Positions 36,399-50,000 are shown, counted from the whole stretch's first letter. The stretch is 62,672 bases of DNA, filler included, from Vannella sp. (GCA_023345925.1; 4 parts of 4 records of this genome joined end to end with filler, not necessarily neighbours in it); one strand, 5' to 3'. The notes: generated by a model not told the origin, from the sequence alone. Program-made: numbers and translations.

Positions 36399-37150
36399 TT
36401 AGATCAAATAGACTTCACACACTGCTCCTACGAGGGTAGCCACCTCATCAACTGTCAAAGAAGCGTCAATCTACAAATTCTGTGAGTTACTACTGCAGCC
36501 GGGGCGAGGGAGAGGCTGATACGCACTTGTACGACCTTGTCTTGCTTCTTAAAGTGGCCGATGACGGGCATGCAGGTCTCGTAGTGAGTCTTGAAGCGCT
36601 GGGAGAGAGTGAGAAGTGAAAGGAACCTTCTGTGAAGCTCACCTTCTCCAGAGAGGCGAGATTATCGTCGTTGCGGGCTCCACCCGTCTCGGCAGCTCGT
36701 TGGAGGATGCGCTCTTGCATGATAGCTTGGGGCGCTTCGAGGAAGATAACCATGCGACAACGAGCAATGCCCTTCTCGAAGTCCTCTCCTTGGTCGATAG
36801 TGCGGGGGAAGCCGTCGATGAGGAAGGTGTTGGTGGTCTCCGTACGCTCGATCGCCGAGCGCAAGAGGCCGATAGTAACCTCAGCAGGGACAATCTTGCC
36901 ATCTGCCATCATCTGATTCAGCATGCGGCCCTGCTCCGTGTCGGAAAGAGCGGTTTGCCGCAACAAGTCCCCAGCGGAGAAGTGGGCGAAGCCGAAGCGC
37001 TCCACAAGCTTGGCACAGAGGGTCCCCTTGCCTGCCCCTGGTCCCCCTGTACCACTTCCATCAGCATCAAGCCAACCACAAGCACCAATAAGCCACAAGC
37101 ACCGTACCCAGCACGAAGATGATGTTGACGCTGTCGAAGTCCCGTGGCAT
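36399..37150 (-). CDS. UMP-CMP kinase / adenylate kinase family
   Basis: IIFVL|GGPGAGKGT, HFSAGDLLR, GKIVP, FLIDGFPR, RNDDN; three introns. Confidence 0.93.
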
Positions 37151-37319
37151 GTCCTGTCCTCCCTAAAACAAGTGAACTGCGTTATCCTTGGATCATTTTG
37201 TCATAAACCTGGAGAACACCTCAAAATCGTGTTAGACCTTTCTCGGTGATAATTGTGTCATTATGATCTTATCATGTGCGTTTTGGGAGCCGGGAGGAGG
37301 AGGGAGCGGATTTGGGAAG

Positions 37320-40093
37320 TTAGCGGGGCGGTAGTGATTGGAGGAGGGAGGCTAGGGTCTGAGCCGCCGGGCTTTGGGGGCTGGTCCAGCGGGGTTGGAG
37401 GAGTTGAAAGTGGAGCGCCAGAAGGGAGAGGTCTTTGGCGAGGTCTGGGATGGGCATGGGAAGGAGTCTGATACTGTACAGTCCTTCTTTCTCAATGGCT
37501 GCCGCTCCCTGCAAGAGAAAAAGAAGGGAATGAGTCAAACTGCTCCTTCATAAGTTCGGGACTTACCTCCGCGCAGAGGATGGAAGTGAGGTTCTCGAGG
37601 GGTTGAAAGAGACCGCTAAAAGAGTGAAAAGAAGCCAATTTGGAGTCTAATTGCTGGAGGATGCTAGCTACTGAACGGGGCAATTCTAGATCTATTTGGA
37701 TTGCGTTGGCACTTGGCGAAGGAAAGTGGAGAGGAGAGGAGGCTTACCAAAGAGGAGAGAAGGATTTTGAAGAACGCTTCGGAGGATCTGAATCAGGAAC
37801 TTGGCGGAGGCACTCAAACCGAGAAGAGACACATCTTGTTCTGAATGGTCTTCCTCCTGGATGGTTCCAGTCATGTGAGACAGAATCAGGCTCATTGCCA
37901 TCTTCAAAGAGCTGAGACAATGGATGAGCGAGAATTTGGCATTCTTCGCCACTCGGGCTGGACTTACACAGGAACTTCTGAGGCGGCGTGTTGGATGGAA
38001 TCCACCATTGCTAATAGCCAGAAGTCACCGTTTGAGTCTTCTTCGCGTTCATCATTCGAGTGGGAAGAAGTGGCCGCCAGTGTTTCGATAATAAAGCTGT
38101 GACTAACAGTTCTGAAAGCATGTAGAATACACTGTGATGTTGTGCTCTGATTGTCAGAGAGGCAGTCAAGGGCTTCGAGGGGAGAGGTAAGATTGGATTG
38201 AGCTGAGCTGTTGATCATTCTCTGGAAGGCGGGAAGCCATTCCAGATTCCAATCGAGTACTCTGCTGAAGAGTGAGATAATCTCTTCTCTTTCAGGCACA
38301 TTTCCAACCATATTCAGAACTTGGCTTGGTTCCGATAACAAGAAGCGGAAGAGCTTCTCGTATGTTTGAAGCGGATGAACAAAAATCATCTACGAGGAGT
38401 CAGTGACCATCTGCTTGCGATTGAGAGTCAGAAAGTTCATACACAATGGAGAATCGTTCCAGTGAGAGTCCCAATCGGGGGTTTCTGAGCAAAGGCTTGT
38501 AATCGGTCCTTTGAAAGATTTGATTCAAGATAGTACTTGCGGTCTATACTCTTCTCTTCAGGAAGGCTCTCCAAAGGGACCAGAACGGTACCAAGAAAAT
38601 CATCTTTCAATGAATCTCGGTCCCAAAAGTCAATGACCAGGGGTCCTTGGTCCTTAGAGAGACTCTTGAAGTGGAACTCTTCGTTCCAGTGGGGCTCAGT
38701 AGATTCATAAACGATGGAAGACTTGAATTTTTCGGATCCAAGGCGGAGAATGGCGTAAGGATCGCTCAGTCCGTTCGCATCCGCAGAAGCTAGCTGGTGA
38801 GCGCAGAATAGAACCACTCGCAGGCTTCTGGTCTCCTTCGTTAGTCGCAGCTTAACAAAGCCGCTGTTAATCTGTTTGGGAGTTTGGAGAATGGGAAATG
38901 AAAATTCCGGCGCCTTCGCACTCATTAAGGTCAAAGAAGGGATGAGATGGCTCAAGGGGATCACAGTGCAGCCAAGCAGAACTAGGGAGTGATGGTGAGA
39001 AGGGTTTTGCTCACTCTTGCCTGAATAACGCACCCTCTTTGTGACATTTTGTCACATTGGATCGACTCAGGCAGTTCATCCGAATGATACCTTCCGAACC
39101 CGCTTTGGAATCGCTAGTGAATGGTGAGTCGAGCCTTTAGGCCCTCCTAAGAATACTCACAAAACCTGCGTTTCTGCAGAAGGCCACTCGTACTGCTTCG
39201 AATCTGGATTCAGCGAGGAATACGTCCGCGGATTGTCGTAGTACCCCTGGGATTGGACGATGTGAAACACGTCTTTAGGCTTCCCACATCCTCTTTTGTC
39301 AAACTTGATGGTTTTCACTACGTGGCTTGAGAAAAGGGAAATATCAAACTCCTCTGAGAAAGGTGACTGACCGCTGTAGAACACCCGAGCATATTCTCTG
39401 ACCGCTTGTGATCCACACTTTTGCAGATGAAGAGAGAAGAGGTCTGCTTGTGGCGGCATTGGTTGTTGGATGAGGCCGAATGAACGGAATGCGTTCATCC
39501 ATTCTTCTCTGTCCTTTGCACTTTCTGCTTCGAAATGGTCCTCTCCCTATGTAATTGAGTCTCTAGAGAGCTATCGTACGAAGGAAGGCGCACCAATTCA
39601 CGAGAATAACGCAAATGAAAGCCGAGGTCACCTTCAGGCATCACTGAGAAGCACTCAGCGAGGTCAGTGAGGCCCATAGAAGTGCCGCGGCGCTATAATA
39701 CTGGTTGTTAACAAAGTGGCAACGATAAAGGGCGTCGCCTACGTCATGGTCACCAGAAAAGTGGAAGATGACTTTTGTCACTTTGTCCAGAACGCAGAAG
39801 TGCCTTCCCGACTGCAGTTGATTCATTCCTTTAGTTGCAGGCCTCTCTATAGGACATGATGGGCTTGAGTAGTGCAGGTAACCGGACACAGCCGCGCTAC
39901 TAAGAGCAAACAGAAGCGAAGAGGATCCACAAGGCGCCACCCTCGCCCCCTCCAAGCACCTCCCATGCACCAACTGCCTACAAGTACGACACTCCACCGT
40001 CCTCACCCACCTTGGCAAGCAACGCGCCATACACAACAGACATCGGCGCTCGTCCGCCTCCTCCCCTTCTCTCCGTCTCCATTCGTGCTCCAT
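37320..40093 (-). CDS. C1 + C2 domain protein with a degenerate RasGAP-like C-terminus
   Basis: C1: HEW..CLLC..ECRTCRQLVHGRCL..APC; C2: ASADANGLSDPYAILRLG..PHWNEEF..FWDRDSLKDDFLG; downstream helical region resembling the GAP1-family RasGAP N-part; many introns. Confidence 0.65.
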
Positions 40094-40172
40094 CACCAAA
40101 TGGAGCTTCCCAGCCCTTCTCTTCACTACAGCAAGTCACCAGAGGCCAAGGGAAGGGTTGGAAGGCCATTCA

Positions 40173-42255
40173 ATGGCGGACGGTCCGAAGGGACGGTCGA
40201 GCGGGGACAATCGGGAGATCCTCGCGCAGTTGGGCACCAACGCTACGAACCTGAGTGGGATGATGAATCCAAAGCCGCGAGAGGCTCTGCCGAAGAGCCC
40301 CTTGGGGGCGACATCGAGGACGGCTTCTCCTCCGCCTTCTTCTCCTTCCTCTTCTCCTCTTCGGGGAGAGAGCGCGCCGGAGGTTCGACATGGAGGACTA
40401 GCGAAGAGGAACCGCCATAACCAGCCTGTGGATGATGTGGCGAAGCTGCTGAGCTCGTGGGGCTACAAACTGACGCCGTCGCAGGTTCAAGAGTTGGGCG
40501 GCCTTTTGGACACTTTGGTCTCGCACAACCCTGTGGGATCGAACTCTCCTCGTTCAGCGTTACCTGTAGCTCGGAAAGGATCCAGTAAGAAGGCTCCAAG
40601 AAGCCTCTGGCGACGAGGGAAGACAAAGCGCGACCGAAACGAAGAGAGTGAGGCTCTGCAGGCCGTCAATCTGCGGGAGATAGAGATCTGCCAGCAGATA
40701 GGATCAGGAGGAAGCTCAGCAGGAGTGTTCATGTGCATTGTAGACGGCTGGTCGTGCGCTATGAAGCAATTGAAGCGGGAACTCGTGTGTCAGATGGACA
40801 TTAAGTGCTTTGAGAGGGAGATGGACATCTTGTATCAGCTCCCTCCTCATCCTAACATCGTTCGGTACCTCTTTCATACCTCCCACGGGTCAGATCTGTG
40901 CCTCTTCATGCAACTCTATTCGGACACTCTTCGTAACTATCTCGATGAGCGTCGCAAGACGCAGCAGCTTCTCCCAGTAGAGCTTATAGCAGAGATGTCT
41001 TTGGAGATCGCGTCAGGCATCCAGTTCTTGCACCAACACGGAGTTATCCACCGAGACATCAAGGTACAGAACCAATGCCCCTCTCTCTTCCTCCTGGTCT
41101 CACTCAGGGCAGGCAGGGAACATCTTTATGACACTCAACGAGAATGGAGAAGTGACTAAGCTTGCTGTGGGCGACTTTGACACGTCCTTGAGAGTGTCCG
41201 CCTCGGTGGCGCATCTCGTTGATCGCGATCAAGTCCAACACGGCGCTCCCTTCTCCATCCCGCCATCTCCTTCTTCTCGTAACACCGCCAACTTGTTTGC
41301 TAACGTCAAAGCCAGCTCAGGACCCGATCCTACGGCCTCAGAGAAGCGAACAGCCTTCGCATCCAACCGCCCCCGCTCCACCGTGGGAACGGCGGGCTTT
41401 ATGGCTCCTGAGGTCATGCGAGCCCGTAACAGCACTCCGTATGGATTCAAAGTGGACGTGTACTCCTTTGGAATGGTCCTGTACGAGCTGATCACGTTGA
41501 AACTACCGTTTGAGCAGTTGGACACTTGCGATATCATCACTGCCGTGCTCGAAGGGGAGGTAGTGCCCTCTATGGAGGTAGATCCTACGCTACGTGCCAA
41601 GTATTGGTCGCTGGTGGAGCTCCACCGCCGTTGTACGCTACGGGAACCGAACGAAAGGCCGTCGTGGAGAGAGATTCTCTCGATATTGCAGGCCATCCGC
41701 ACGCAGGGGGCTGCTAGACCACAGCTGCTTCTTTCTCAAAAGTCACAGCTCTCTTTAAGAGACCAATTGACGCTGTACAGCAACCCAGGAGCTGTGAAGG
41801 TGTCCCTTACAAACTCTCCCTCGTTCGTCCATCGCCGTCCCGTGGCCGATCTCCCTGAGTCCATCTCCATGGAGTTTGATACAATCACAACACCCTCTCA
41901 AGAACCAGCCACACTCCCGCTGATCGATGAAACGTCTCTTACAGAGGAGGAACCCGTCAAGAACGCCGCCCTCCGCTTCCGTGGCGCCTCCACTCGCGCA
42001 GAAGAGGACGATTCTGAAGCTTCTGAATCTGAAGTATCCACTAGCGAGGGTAGCCGAGGCAGGCGCTCGATGGTAAGGAAAGTAATCGTCGAGATCCGTG
42101 ATCAGTCGGGGAACGTCATCCGCGAGGAGATCCGAGAGGAGCTCATGGACAGTTCACCTCGCCCAACCCTCCAATCTCGTGGATCAGTGCCCAACCTGAG
42201 CGCCCTCGCCATAGGAAGGACGCCCATCCGAAAGAGGTCGCGGAAAGGGACGTGA
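40173..42255 (+). CDS. Protein kinase (TKL-like Ser/Thr kinase)
   Basis: IGSGGSSAGV, CAMK, HPNIVRY, IHRDIK|AGNIF, GDFD (DFD instead of DFG), VGTAGFMAPE, KVDVYSFG; one intron ~41063-41111. Confidence 0.9.
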
Positions 42256-42358
42256 TCGACCATCAGCAGAGGAAGGAGAGTGTCCGTGTGTAGCCTAGAA
42301 GCTTTGTGTGTGCTATAAACGTCCGTTTTCATCGTCATTTCGTGCTCTCGCGCTGTTC

Positions 42359-43551
42359 ATGGCCACTTGCACTCTGAGGACGGACCGGCAATGTAGGTAA
42401 AGCGCGTGGGTGGGAGCGTTATCTCATGAGTGGGAGGTAGACTTTGATCGTATCTTGCAGCTGATCCCGGCGGCGCACTACTTCGCTGAGGCGGACTTGA
42501 ACGCCGAAGCTCTTGCGGCGGGGCGCGCGGTATGTCGCCGTGTTGGTTGACCCAGCTGCGACTTACGTTCACTAGGCCAAGTACCTGAAGAAGGGGAAGA
42601 AGGCTGCAGCGCTAAGCAAGCTCGCCAAGCCTGAGGGGAAGGATCGCCGAGATGGGGTAAGATCGCCCTTCCCGCTGGTGCTGGCTGTGATCTCACTGGG
42701 AGGTAGTTCGACCCCTCCAAGATCAAATCGATCGCGGAACAACAAAGCGAACGAGCTGCACGCGAGACAGAGTCTGTTGTCACTTTAGGGAAACGCCGAC
42801 ACTCTTCTGGGCTTCCAGATGAGACCAAAGAGGCCCTACGCACCAAGATCCAAGCTCTTCGAGAGAAACGTGGAGCTGAGTCCAACAAGACAAAGCCTCC
42901 TGCCAAGAAACAGAAGCGAACCGCCGCCGATCAGATCGCTGACAAGGATTCCGCGCTCGAGAAGGGTCTGGCAGCCAAGTTGAGTAAGCATCTACAGAAG
43001 CTGGAAGGTACAGGGCAAGATGAGAGTGCCTCGGACCTAGAGGACCTCGGGTTCTCGACTTTCGACTATTCTGATGGGAAGGCCACTCCGGCTTACTTGG
43101 CCCAGCGCAAGCACCAGAACGTCTCTTACTCTCTGCTGAAGAAGGTGGAAGAGGAGAAAGCCCAGCTGGATCAGCTGAAGAGCAGCAAAGAGGGAGCTCA
43201 GCTCGTGAGGGAGAAGAAGATGGAAGTGGCACTGCGCCGTGTGCAGGGAGAGAAGGTGAAAGATGACCCTTCAAAGCTCCGGAAGACCCTCAAGCGAAAG
43301 GACCGCCAAGTGGAGAAGAGCCGCGAGAAGATAGCCGACCGCAAGCGCACGGAGAAGGCGCAGCAGTACAAGAAGACCAAGCAACGTGAGGACAACATTA
43401 AAGCTCGTGCTGAAGCGAAGAAGGCCAACCAAGGCAAACGGGGCAAACCGGTACGCGCTTCCCGCTCTTTGCAAGGAAAGGAGCCTTCTTTCTCACCTTT
43501 GGGCAGCGACCGGGCTTTGAAGGGAAGAAGAAAGGCTTTATTAACAAGTGA
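42359..43551 (+). CDS. SURF6: Ribosome biogenesis protein SURF6/Rrp14
   Basis: N-terminal YFDRILQLIPAAHYF; ALRRVQGEKVKDDPSKLRKTLKRK; QREDNIKAR; terminal RPGFEG after an intron. Confidence 0.88.
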
Positions 43552-43669
43552 ACAATCCAATGAAGCGCCTTCTTCTACCTTTGCGCTCTGGAGGGCGGAG
43601 AAGAAGCAAATAGTGACTTGAATGCGTTTGGATGACTTTACTCCGACTTTGCTACCTTTTGAGGTCACC

Positions 43670-45514
43670 TCACCTCATTTCCATTTCCCAACTGTGGCGG
43701 GACAGGTCCACTTCGGACCAATCTTCTTCGTGTTCGTTGGGAACCCAAATGAAGTTGTCGGGAGTGTGAAAGTCGTTGAGTTGGTGCTCAAAGCGAATGG
43801 AGAAGAGCTCGTCTACTCTGGAGTTGAGGTTGACGCCGATATAGTCGTAGGCACTTATCAAAGCCTCCTCCATCGATGGTAGAGCGGCCAGCACACAGGC
43901 ATTCTTGCTCAATGGGTTACAGAGCTTGTATTCGCTCATTTGACTTACCACGCTGCTGATGTTCTGGCACTGAGAATAGAAATACGGAATGTGCAAAGCA
44001 CTGCCGCATCCTCCCCACTCGAAGCCTCCTTTCAGGAAGCTGACCACTTCGATGTAGTTGACATTCAGCATGGATGCCAGATACTTGTACATGGGAGCCC
44101 GCATTCCGTACGGGAAGATCTCTATCAGAGTGCTGCGTGGGGCCATGAGAATCTCATTGGTCACGCCTGCACCATGCACAATCGCGTAGACGTCCACTTC
44201 GGACACTTGGCGCATTTGGGACTCATAATCGTCCCATTTGGTGAAGGACTCGACGAGGACAGGAGTCAGTCCGTAATAGCGGACCATCTCCGCAAATGCC
44301 TCGCGATTGAGCCAGTTACGGCTCCTCCAGTCCCCCCGAAAGTCGATGAGCACTTTGCCGGAGAAGTTGGGCTCGACAGAGCCCGCAATGATGCCTTTGG
44401 GAGCGGGCATGGGCACGTCCAGCATCCCAAACAGCTTCTCTCGATACGAGTGTGCGGAGTGCCAGCCAGAGAACAGGCGGGGCTTCCGGGAGGCAGTGAC
44501 GCCCTCCCGAACGCAAAGAACATTCTCTCGATTCACAGGAGAGCGGCTGTTCTTCCGTTCCTGTGGCTCAAAGTTCTTCTTCTCCTCGGGTGTGAAAGAG
44601 AACTCCAAGTATTCATCAGAAACAGCATAATGAGAGCCATCCCATTCGGAGACATCGAAATCGAGCGGCTGGAACCATTGTCGGTTCAAGAACTGTGTTT
44701 GGGGCTGGACCATGGCTCGCATCATTGTCCTACGCCATCCTGGTAACATCATGGACCACTCATGGATGGCAACAAAGTCCATGGGAGGGAGCTTGCTGCC
44801 CAGAGGGAGCGAGTTGTTGAGCATTTGAATGTCCCAAAGGCAGAGCGTCTCCATGCTGACATGCCAGGGGTTCTCTGTGTTATGCCACACAGGAGCAATG
44901 TAAAACCCACCTTCCACCAACTCCACTGTGTCAGAATGCTCCTTCAGATCGAGAGGATTCATCAGAAGCGGATGGCGATTCAATCCTTTGGACTGGAACG
45001 CTGTGTACTGCGAGGGGAGTGGAGGGTATGGATAAGGATCCCAGTAGCCATTGTCAAAGTCTGTAAACCTCCGAGAATCACTCTCTGGCCCGATAAGATC
45101 CTCGGGAGGCTGTCCGCGCGCCTTTTCGGGATCAAGGAAGATCAGGTCTTGGCCATCGTAGCAGACATTGTTGTAGGTACAGATCTCTGTCCAGTCGTCG
45201 CGCGTGTAGCATCTCCATGTGGTCCTCCACTGGCCCAGATCCAATCCAGCGTGGGAGGGCTTCGGAGAGGGCGAGGCTTCTTCGGTTGGAGGAAGAGCTG
45301 GATGGGGACAGCTCCCTCTCACCTCCAAAGGGTCCCACGAGTCCGGATCGATGCCCAATCCGCGCAGAGTCTCCTCCAGTGCTGCCACCCTCTCGGAAGC
45401 GGCGGCCGTCCGTGAGGACCGCGCCTCTTCCAACGATGCCTCCAAGAGAGTACCCGCGATCAAACACATCAGCAACAGCGAGAGGACAAGACCCACCCAC
45501 CCGCGAGGGGACAT
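43670..45514 (-). CDS. Glycosyltransferase family 61 (DUF563; EOGT/POMGNT2-like), type II membrane protein
   Basis: TM anchor; CTYNNVCY; NPWHVSME; RSRNWLNRE; QMRQVSEVDVYAIVHGAGVTNEILMAPRSTLIEIFPYG. Confidence 0.85.
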   Translation of the reverse strand: MSPRGWVGLVLSLLLMCLIAGTLLEASLEEARSSRTAAASERVAALEETLRGLGIDPDSWDPLEVRGSCPHPALPPTEEASPSPKPSHAGLDLGQWRTTWRCYTRDDWTEICTYNNVCYDGQDLIFLDPEKARGQPPEDLIGPESDSRRFTDFDNGYWDPYPYPPLPSQYTAFQSKGLNRHPLLMNPLDLKEHSDTVELVEGGFYIAPVWHNTENPWHVSMETLCLWDIQMLNNSLPLGSKLPPMDFVAIHEWSMMLPGWRRTMMRAMVQPQTQFLNRQWFQPLDFDVSEWDGSHYAVSDEYLEFSFTPEEKKNFEPQERKNSRSPVNRENVLCVREGVTASRKPRLFSGWHSAHSYREKLFGMLDVPMPAPKGIIAGSVEPNFSGKVLIDFRGDWRSRNWLNREAFAEMVRYYGLTPVLVESFTKWDDYESQMRQVSEVDVYAIVHGAGVTNEILMAPRSTLIEIFPYGMRAPMYKYLASMLNVNYIEVVSFLKGGFEWGGCGSALHIPYFYSQCQNISSVVSQMSEYKLCNPLSKNACVLAALPSMEEALISAYDYIGVNLNSRVDELFSIRFEHQLNDFHTPDNFIWVPNEHEEDWSEVDLSRHSWEMEMR

Positions 45515-45664
45515 GGTTCTCAAAGTCTTGACCCCAAAGAATGACCAAAACCCCCTGCCAGAGAAGAAGGGAGGGATGAAGGAAAGAACAGAGAAGAAGG
45601 AACAGAGAAGAAGGGAGGGATGAGGGAAGGAACAGAGGCGTGGTTCAGTGGGGCCGAACCCTCT

Positions 45665-45744
45665 CCCTTCAAAAAGGGCCAAAATCGATGGCGAGTGGGT
45701 GGAATCGGATATTTATATGTTTTTAGGTTTTCGACTTTTTCTGC
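45665..45744 (-). repeat. Dispersed intergenic repeat family B (truncated at contig end)
   Basis: ccaaaatcgatggcgagtgggtggaatcggatatttatatgtttttaggttttcgacttt. Confidence 0.8.
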
Positions 45745-45844
45745 NNNNNNNNNNNNNNNNNNNNNNNNNNNNNNNNNNNNNNNNNNNNTTAATTAATTAA
45801 NNNNNNNNNNNNNNNNNNNNNNNNNNNNNNNNNNNNNNNNNNNN
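45745..45844. other. Artificial contig spacer
   Basis: N44-TTAATTAATTAA-N44. Confidence 0.98.
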
Positions 45845-45893
45845 GGGGATAAACAGAAGAAGGGCAAATGAATTGGGAAAGAGTTAAATCCAT

Positions 45894-46997
45894 TTATTTA
45901 AGTTCAATGACCTTTTGTGCCTTCTTGGTGCGGGTCTGTTGGCGACGAGAACGACGAACTGTGACGGTAACAGGCTTTTTCGTAGGCTTAGAGCACACTA
46001 AGCCGTAAGACTTTGGAGGGAGCACCTTTTCCGGGGCGGACATGAGGAAAAAGTCAGAGCCCCAGATATCCTCTGGATCTTCCTCACACTTGGTCTGGGG
46101 GACTAATGTTATGGTTTGCAACGCAGATTCAATCACTTGTGAGACTCTGTCGGTCATCTCAGCGGTAGCCTGAGAGACACTCCTTTCCACTGAATCTTGA
46201 ACTGAATTCAGAGTTCCCTGCACTTCGTTGAGCTTCTCCTGAACTCGACCATTCTTGCTTGTGATTAGCTTCTACGATAGCCTCGAGTGAACACCTTCTC
46301 ACCTCATACAAAAGAGATCCCAGTTGAGTGCTGCTTTTTCCTTGCATTGTAAGCAAATCAATCAGTGCCTAGAACCAATAAGATACAATGACGGAGATTC
46401 AATACCCCAACCTTATCCAGGGCATTGGTGAGGCAATGGACGATCTTCTCTTGGAAAGTGGACATGCCTTCCTGAATCGCCTGGGCCAATTGCTCCTTAA
46501 CGTTCATCGGTGCTTCCATCTGCATCTGATCAATCTTGTCACTCCTGAACCCTTCCAAAAGAGACTTTAGCTCCAAGAGTGACTTCTCCTGCTGATCCAA
46601 CTTGGCAATGAGCACAGAGAGATCTCTTGAGGGAACGTTTGCAGCTTGGTCTACTTTCTCCTCAGGAACCGCCACTTGCTGCTGCTGGGAACCAGTTCTG
46701 GTTGCCACGAGCTCTTTCAGTATCTGAACCATCATCTGCTGCGTAGTAGCTTCCTGAGCCTCTCCATTAGTTGGCCGGTCGGGATACAAGAACCACTCAC
46801 TGTTTTCTTGCGCTCGTTTTCTCCCCAAGCCTCTTGAGAGAGCTGGTCCAAAGAATTCCAACCAGAAGGACTCTCGGAACTCTGCGAGTCAGAGAGGTTG
46901 CTCCTGGCCTTCATCAGAACCCACATCTCACCTCACTACCCACTTACCTTCTGTATCTATCATACACCTCGCGAAGGTTAGCCATCCCCGAAGCCAT
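45894..46997 (-). CDS. Hypothetical coiled-coil protein with a basic C-terminal tail
   Basis: ORFs 46358-46861 and 45894-46223 are heptad-rich (LIAKLDQQEKSLLELKSLL) and joined by short introns; start uncertain. Confidence 0.5.
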
Positions 46998-47098
46998 CGA
47001 TGCAAATGCGGCCAATGGACCAATCCGCTGGCCCGAATCCAAAATATCTTGATAATATCTTTGCGTAACGGAGAGCCTTCCAGGAGAAAATGGCATTA

Positions 47099-50000
47099 TT
47101 ATTGGGTATAAAGACTTGATGCGAACACTATATCACGCTTAATCATCTGCGAAGCCTCTTCAAGCTTGTTTTGAAGGACAACATTGCCAACAATCCGAGC
47201 GACCGTTTTAAACTCTCTGCAAGCCTCTTCTATGCGGACTATGCACCGAACGATGCTTCCTTCTTTGATGTCTGTTAGGAGACAGATGTCTGCAAAGGGG
47301 ACACCCCGTGCCCACTCGTAGACCACCTCCATCAGGCCGCAGTTGAGGTTGTCCCTCGCGTACTGCTTCGAGGCGACATCAAGGCCGCATTTAGCCTGTA
47401 CAGAACCAATCTCCTCCGCAAGGTCTTTCATAACCACCCAAGTCTCTTGCAAGACGGGTGTTAGAGTGGGATCTGTCTGTGACTTCTCTTGGAAGACGAG
47501 GGCGGAGATAACAGAAGCGAGCTCCGCAGGATCCAGGTCAGAAAGGACACTACGGAAGACCATCTCAGTCGCAATCATCTCATCTTGCACGGTATTCAAC
47601 TCTCGAGCCACGCGGCCCTTCAATTGAATTGCATTCCCGTCATCAATGTAGTCCAGCTTTCGGAGGACATCCATTCGGCATTCAAACTCAGGTAGTAGGT
47701 AAAGATTGTCCTCTGAAATGGTGAACTTAAGATGCTCAATCATATTGACAAGACGTTGGGTCTTATCTGTTGCGTCGTAGTGTTCGTCAAGCTTGGGACA
47801 AGCATGGCACTTATTAGCCTCCAAAAGATCAATCAAACTCTCTTTCTTTTGATGCTGGACAATGAAATCAACGTCTGAGACCTTAAAGTCCTTGGGTCCG
47901 AGACAAGGAAGTGGAGACTCCTGATGTTTGATGAAGAGTGCCCTTAATTCTTCGACAATCTTGGACATGGAAGCCTCATTGCCAACACTGGCAGCATCCA
48001 AAGTAAGCTTCTCTTTGAATACCCTAAGAATGCAGCTGGCAGGAACTTCCATTGTCTCAAAAGGATGCAAGCCAGAAGGGTCAACACTTCTTGTTTTGGC
48101 AGGAACGACGATATTGTAGCAGCTTATCGTGCTCACACGGTCAGACATCTCATCTAAATTGATCTGTCGGTCACGAGCCTTGTTTAAGATAACCCCAAAC
48201 TGGTTTCTGTGATGTGGAACAGAGATTTGAACGAGACGGCCAATGCTGAAGAGCTTCTGAGCAGTCTTACTCTGCGAGAGGAAAGATTGAACGTTGTGCA
48301 CTAAAAGCTTGGCCTCAGCGTGAGTGCCATAGTAGTCTTCAATCGAAGGATCCCCAAGGATACAATGGATATCTTCTATGTCCATAAGCTTGGATTTTCC
48401 TTTCTTCAGTAACTCCACTTGCTCTGGGACATCTCGTTGAGACCCAGCTTCACTAAAGCTTCGCTTGATCATGTCTTGCACGCGGAAATCCTGAACGCGA
48501 ATCAGATTAAGAATCATGTTGTAAGAGAGTTTGAATCTTGACTCCAGTTTCTCTACTTTGCCAGTAACGACGGAAAGGAGATCCATCTTATCAGGAATCT
48601 GTTTGCAGCAAGCAATGATGACCATTCCCACAGAATCAATGCCTCGGCGACCTGCACGTCCGCTCATTTGAATGTACTCTCCCGTTAAGAGGTTGCGGAG
48701 TCCCTTGTCATCGTGTTTGCGGATAGATTGGAAGACGACAGTTCTAGCAGGCATGTTGACACCCATCGCAAAGGTCTCTGTGGCAAACAGAATCTTGCAA
48801 AGACCTCGTCCAAAGAGAATTTCGACCATCTCTTTGATGATGGGTAAAAGGCCACTATGATGCACGCCAATTCCTCGTTTCAGTAAGTCTCTAATCTCTG
48901 CAACCTGCGGAAGTTTGCGATCCGCCACGTTGAGACGACTGAGCACACTTTCGATAAAGATGTGGATCTCACTCTTCTCTTGTGAAGTGGTCAAGTCCAC
49001 ATGGGTTAAGCTTTGCGCTAGAGAATCAATCTTCTTCTTACTAAACACAAAAATGACGACGGGAGTGAGCTCCTTCTTTTGTAGGAGCTTCAACAGCTTT
49101 GAGAAATAAGATTTCTCAGCCCCCAGCCCCACATAACCTGGGTTCCCTTTGTTTTTGCTCTTCTTCTGGCTTTCTTCAAGGCTACGAACTGCCTTTTGGT
49201 GGGAGTCTCGTTGGAACTGTCCATCCTTGTCTACCAACTTGAAGAATTCATCATTGACACAGAGATAGTGCTCCAGCGGTGTCGGTCGGTACTGTGTACT
49301 GACAACATAGATGGGTTTTTTCTTGGTCCGCCCAATCCAGTCGGCGAACTCCATCGTATTGGGGACTGTAGCAGAGAGCATGATGAGATTGACTCGAGCA
49401 GGAAGCATAATAATCACTTCCTCCCACACCACGCCGCGAGAGGAATCGTTGATGTAATGCACCTCATCAAAGATAACCCATTCCACATCTCGCAAGAGAT
49501 CTGCACCCTTATAGAGCATAGAACGAAGAATTTCTGTCGTCACAATCAAGCACGAAGCCTCAGGATTGATTTGGACATCTCCAGTTATCAATCCAACCTC
49601 CCCAAAGGTCTCTTTGAAGTCTCTGTACTTTTGATTCGATAGTGCCTTGATAGGAGACGTGTAAATAGCCCTCGTCATGTGCTTCCGAGCCAGCGCAATC
49701 GCATATTCCGCCACCACAGTCTTTCCAGCACTCGTATGTGCAGCAACGAAGACACTTTCGTTGCGCTCCAAATGGTAAACTGCTTCTTTCTGAAAAGTGT
49801 CTAGTTCGAATGGATAGCGGATGGCCATCTCAGGAACGTCCTGGTGAAAGCTATCCATATTCATGTTGAGTTGCACGGACCATGTATCCCGCTTTTTGGC
49901 CTTATTGCTTCGCAGGCGCTTAGCATAGACTGATTCCCAATCCTTTGCTTGTTGTAGAAGGTCCTCCACCGTTTCATCTCCACTATCCTCTCCGGATGGC

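Noticed and set aside
35520..36400. Possible gene or pseudogene between the SMYD and UMP-CMP kinase genes
   Set aside because: Several short frames with stops, no consistent splice model and no recognisable family.
15058..44746. Long antisense ORFs (e.g. 15058-15798, 21681-22379, 26662-27294, 43940-44746)
   Set aside because: Shadow frames of well-conserved sense genes, expected from codon bias.
45894..46997. Resemblance to meiotic Mer2/IHO1/PRD3-type coiled-coil proteins
   Set aside because: Only generic SQ-rich and coiled-coil composition; no specific motif recognised.
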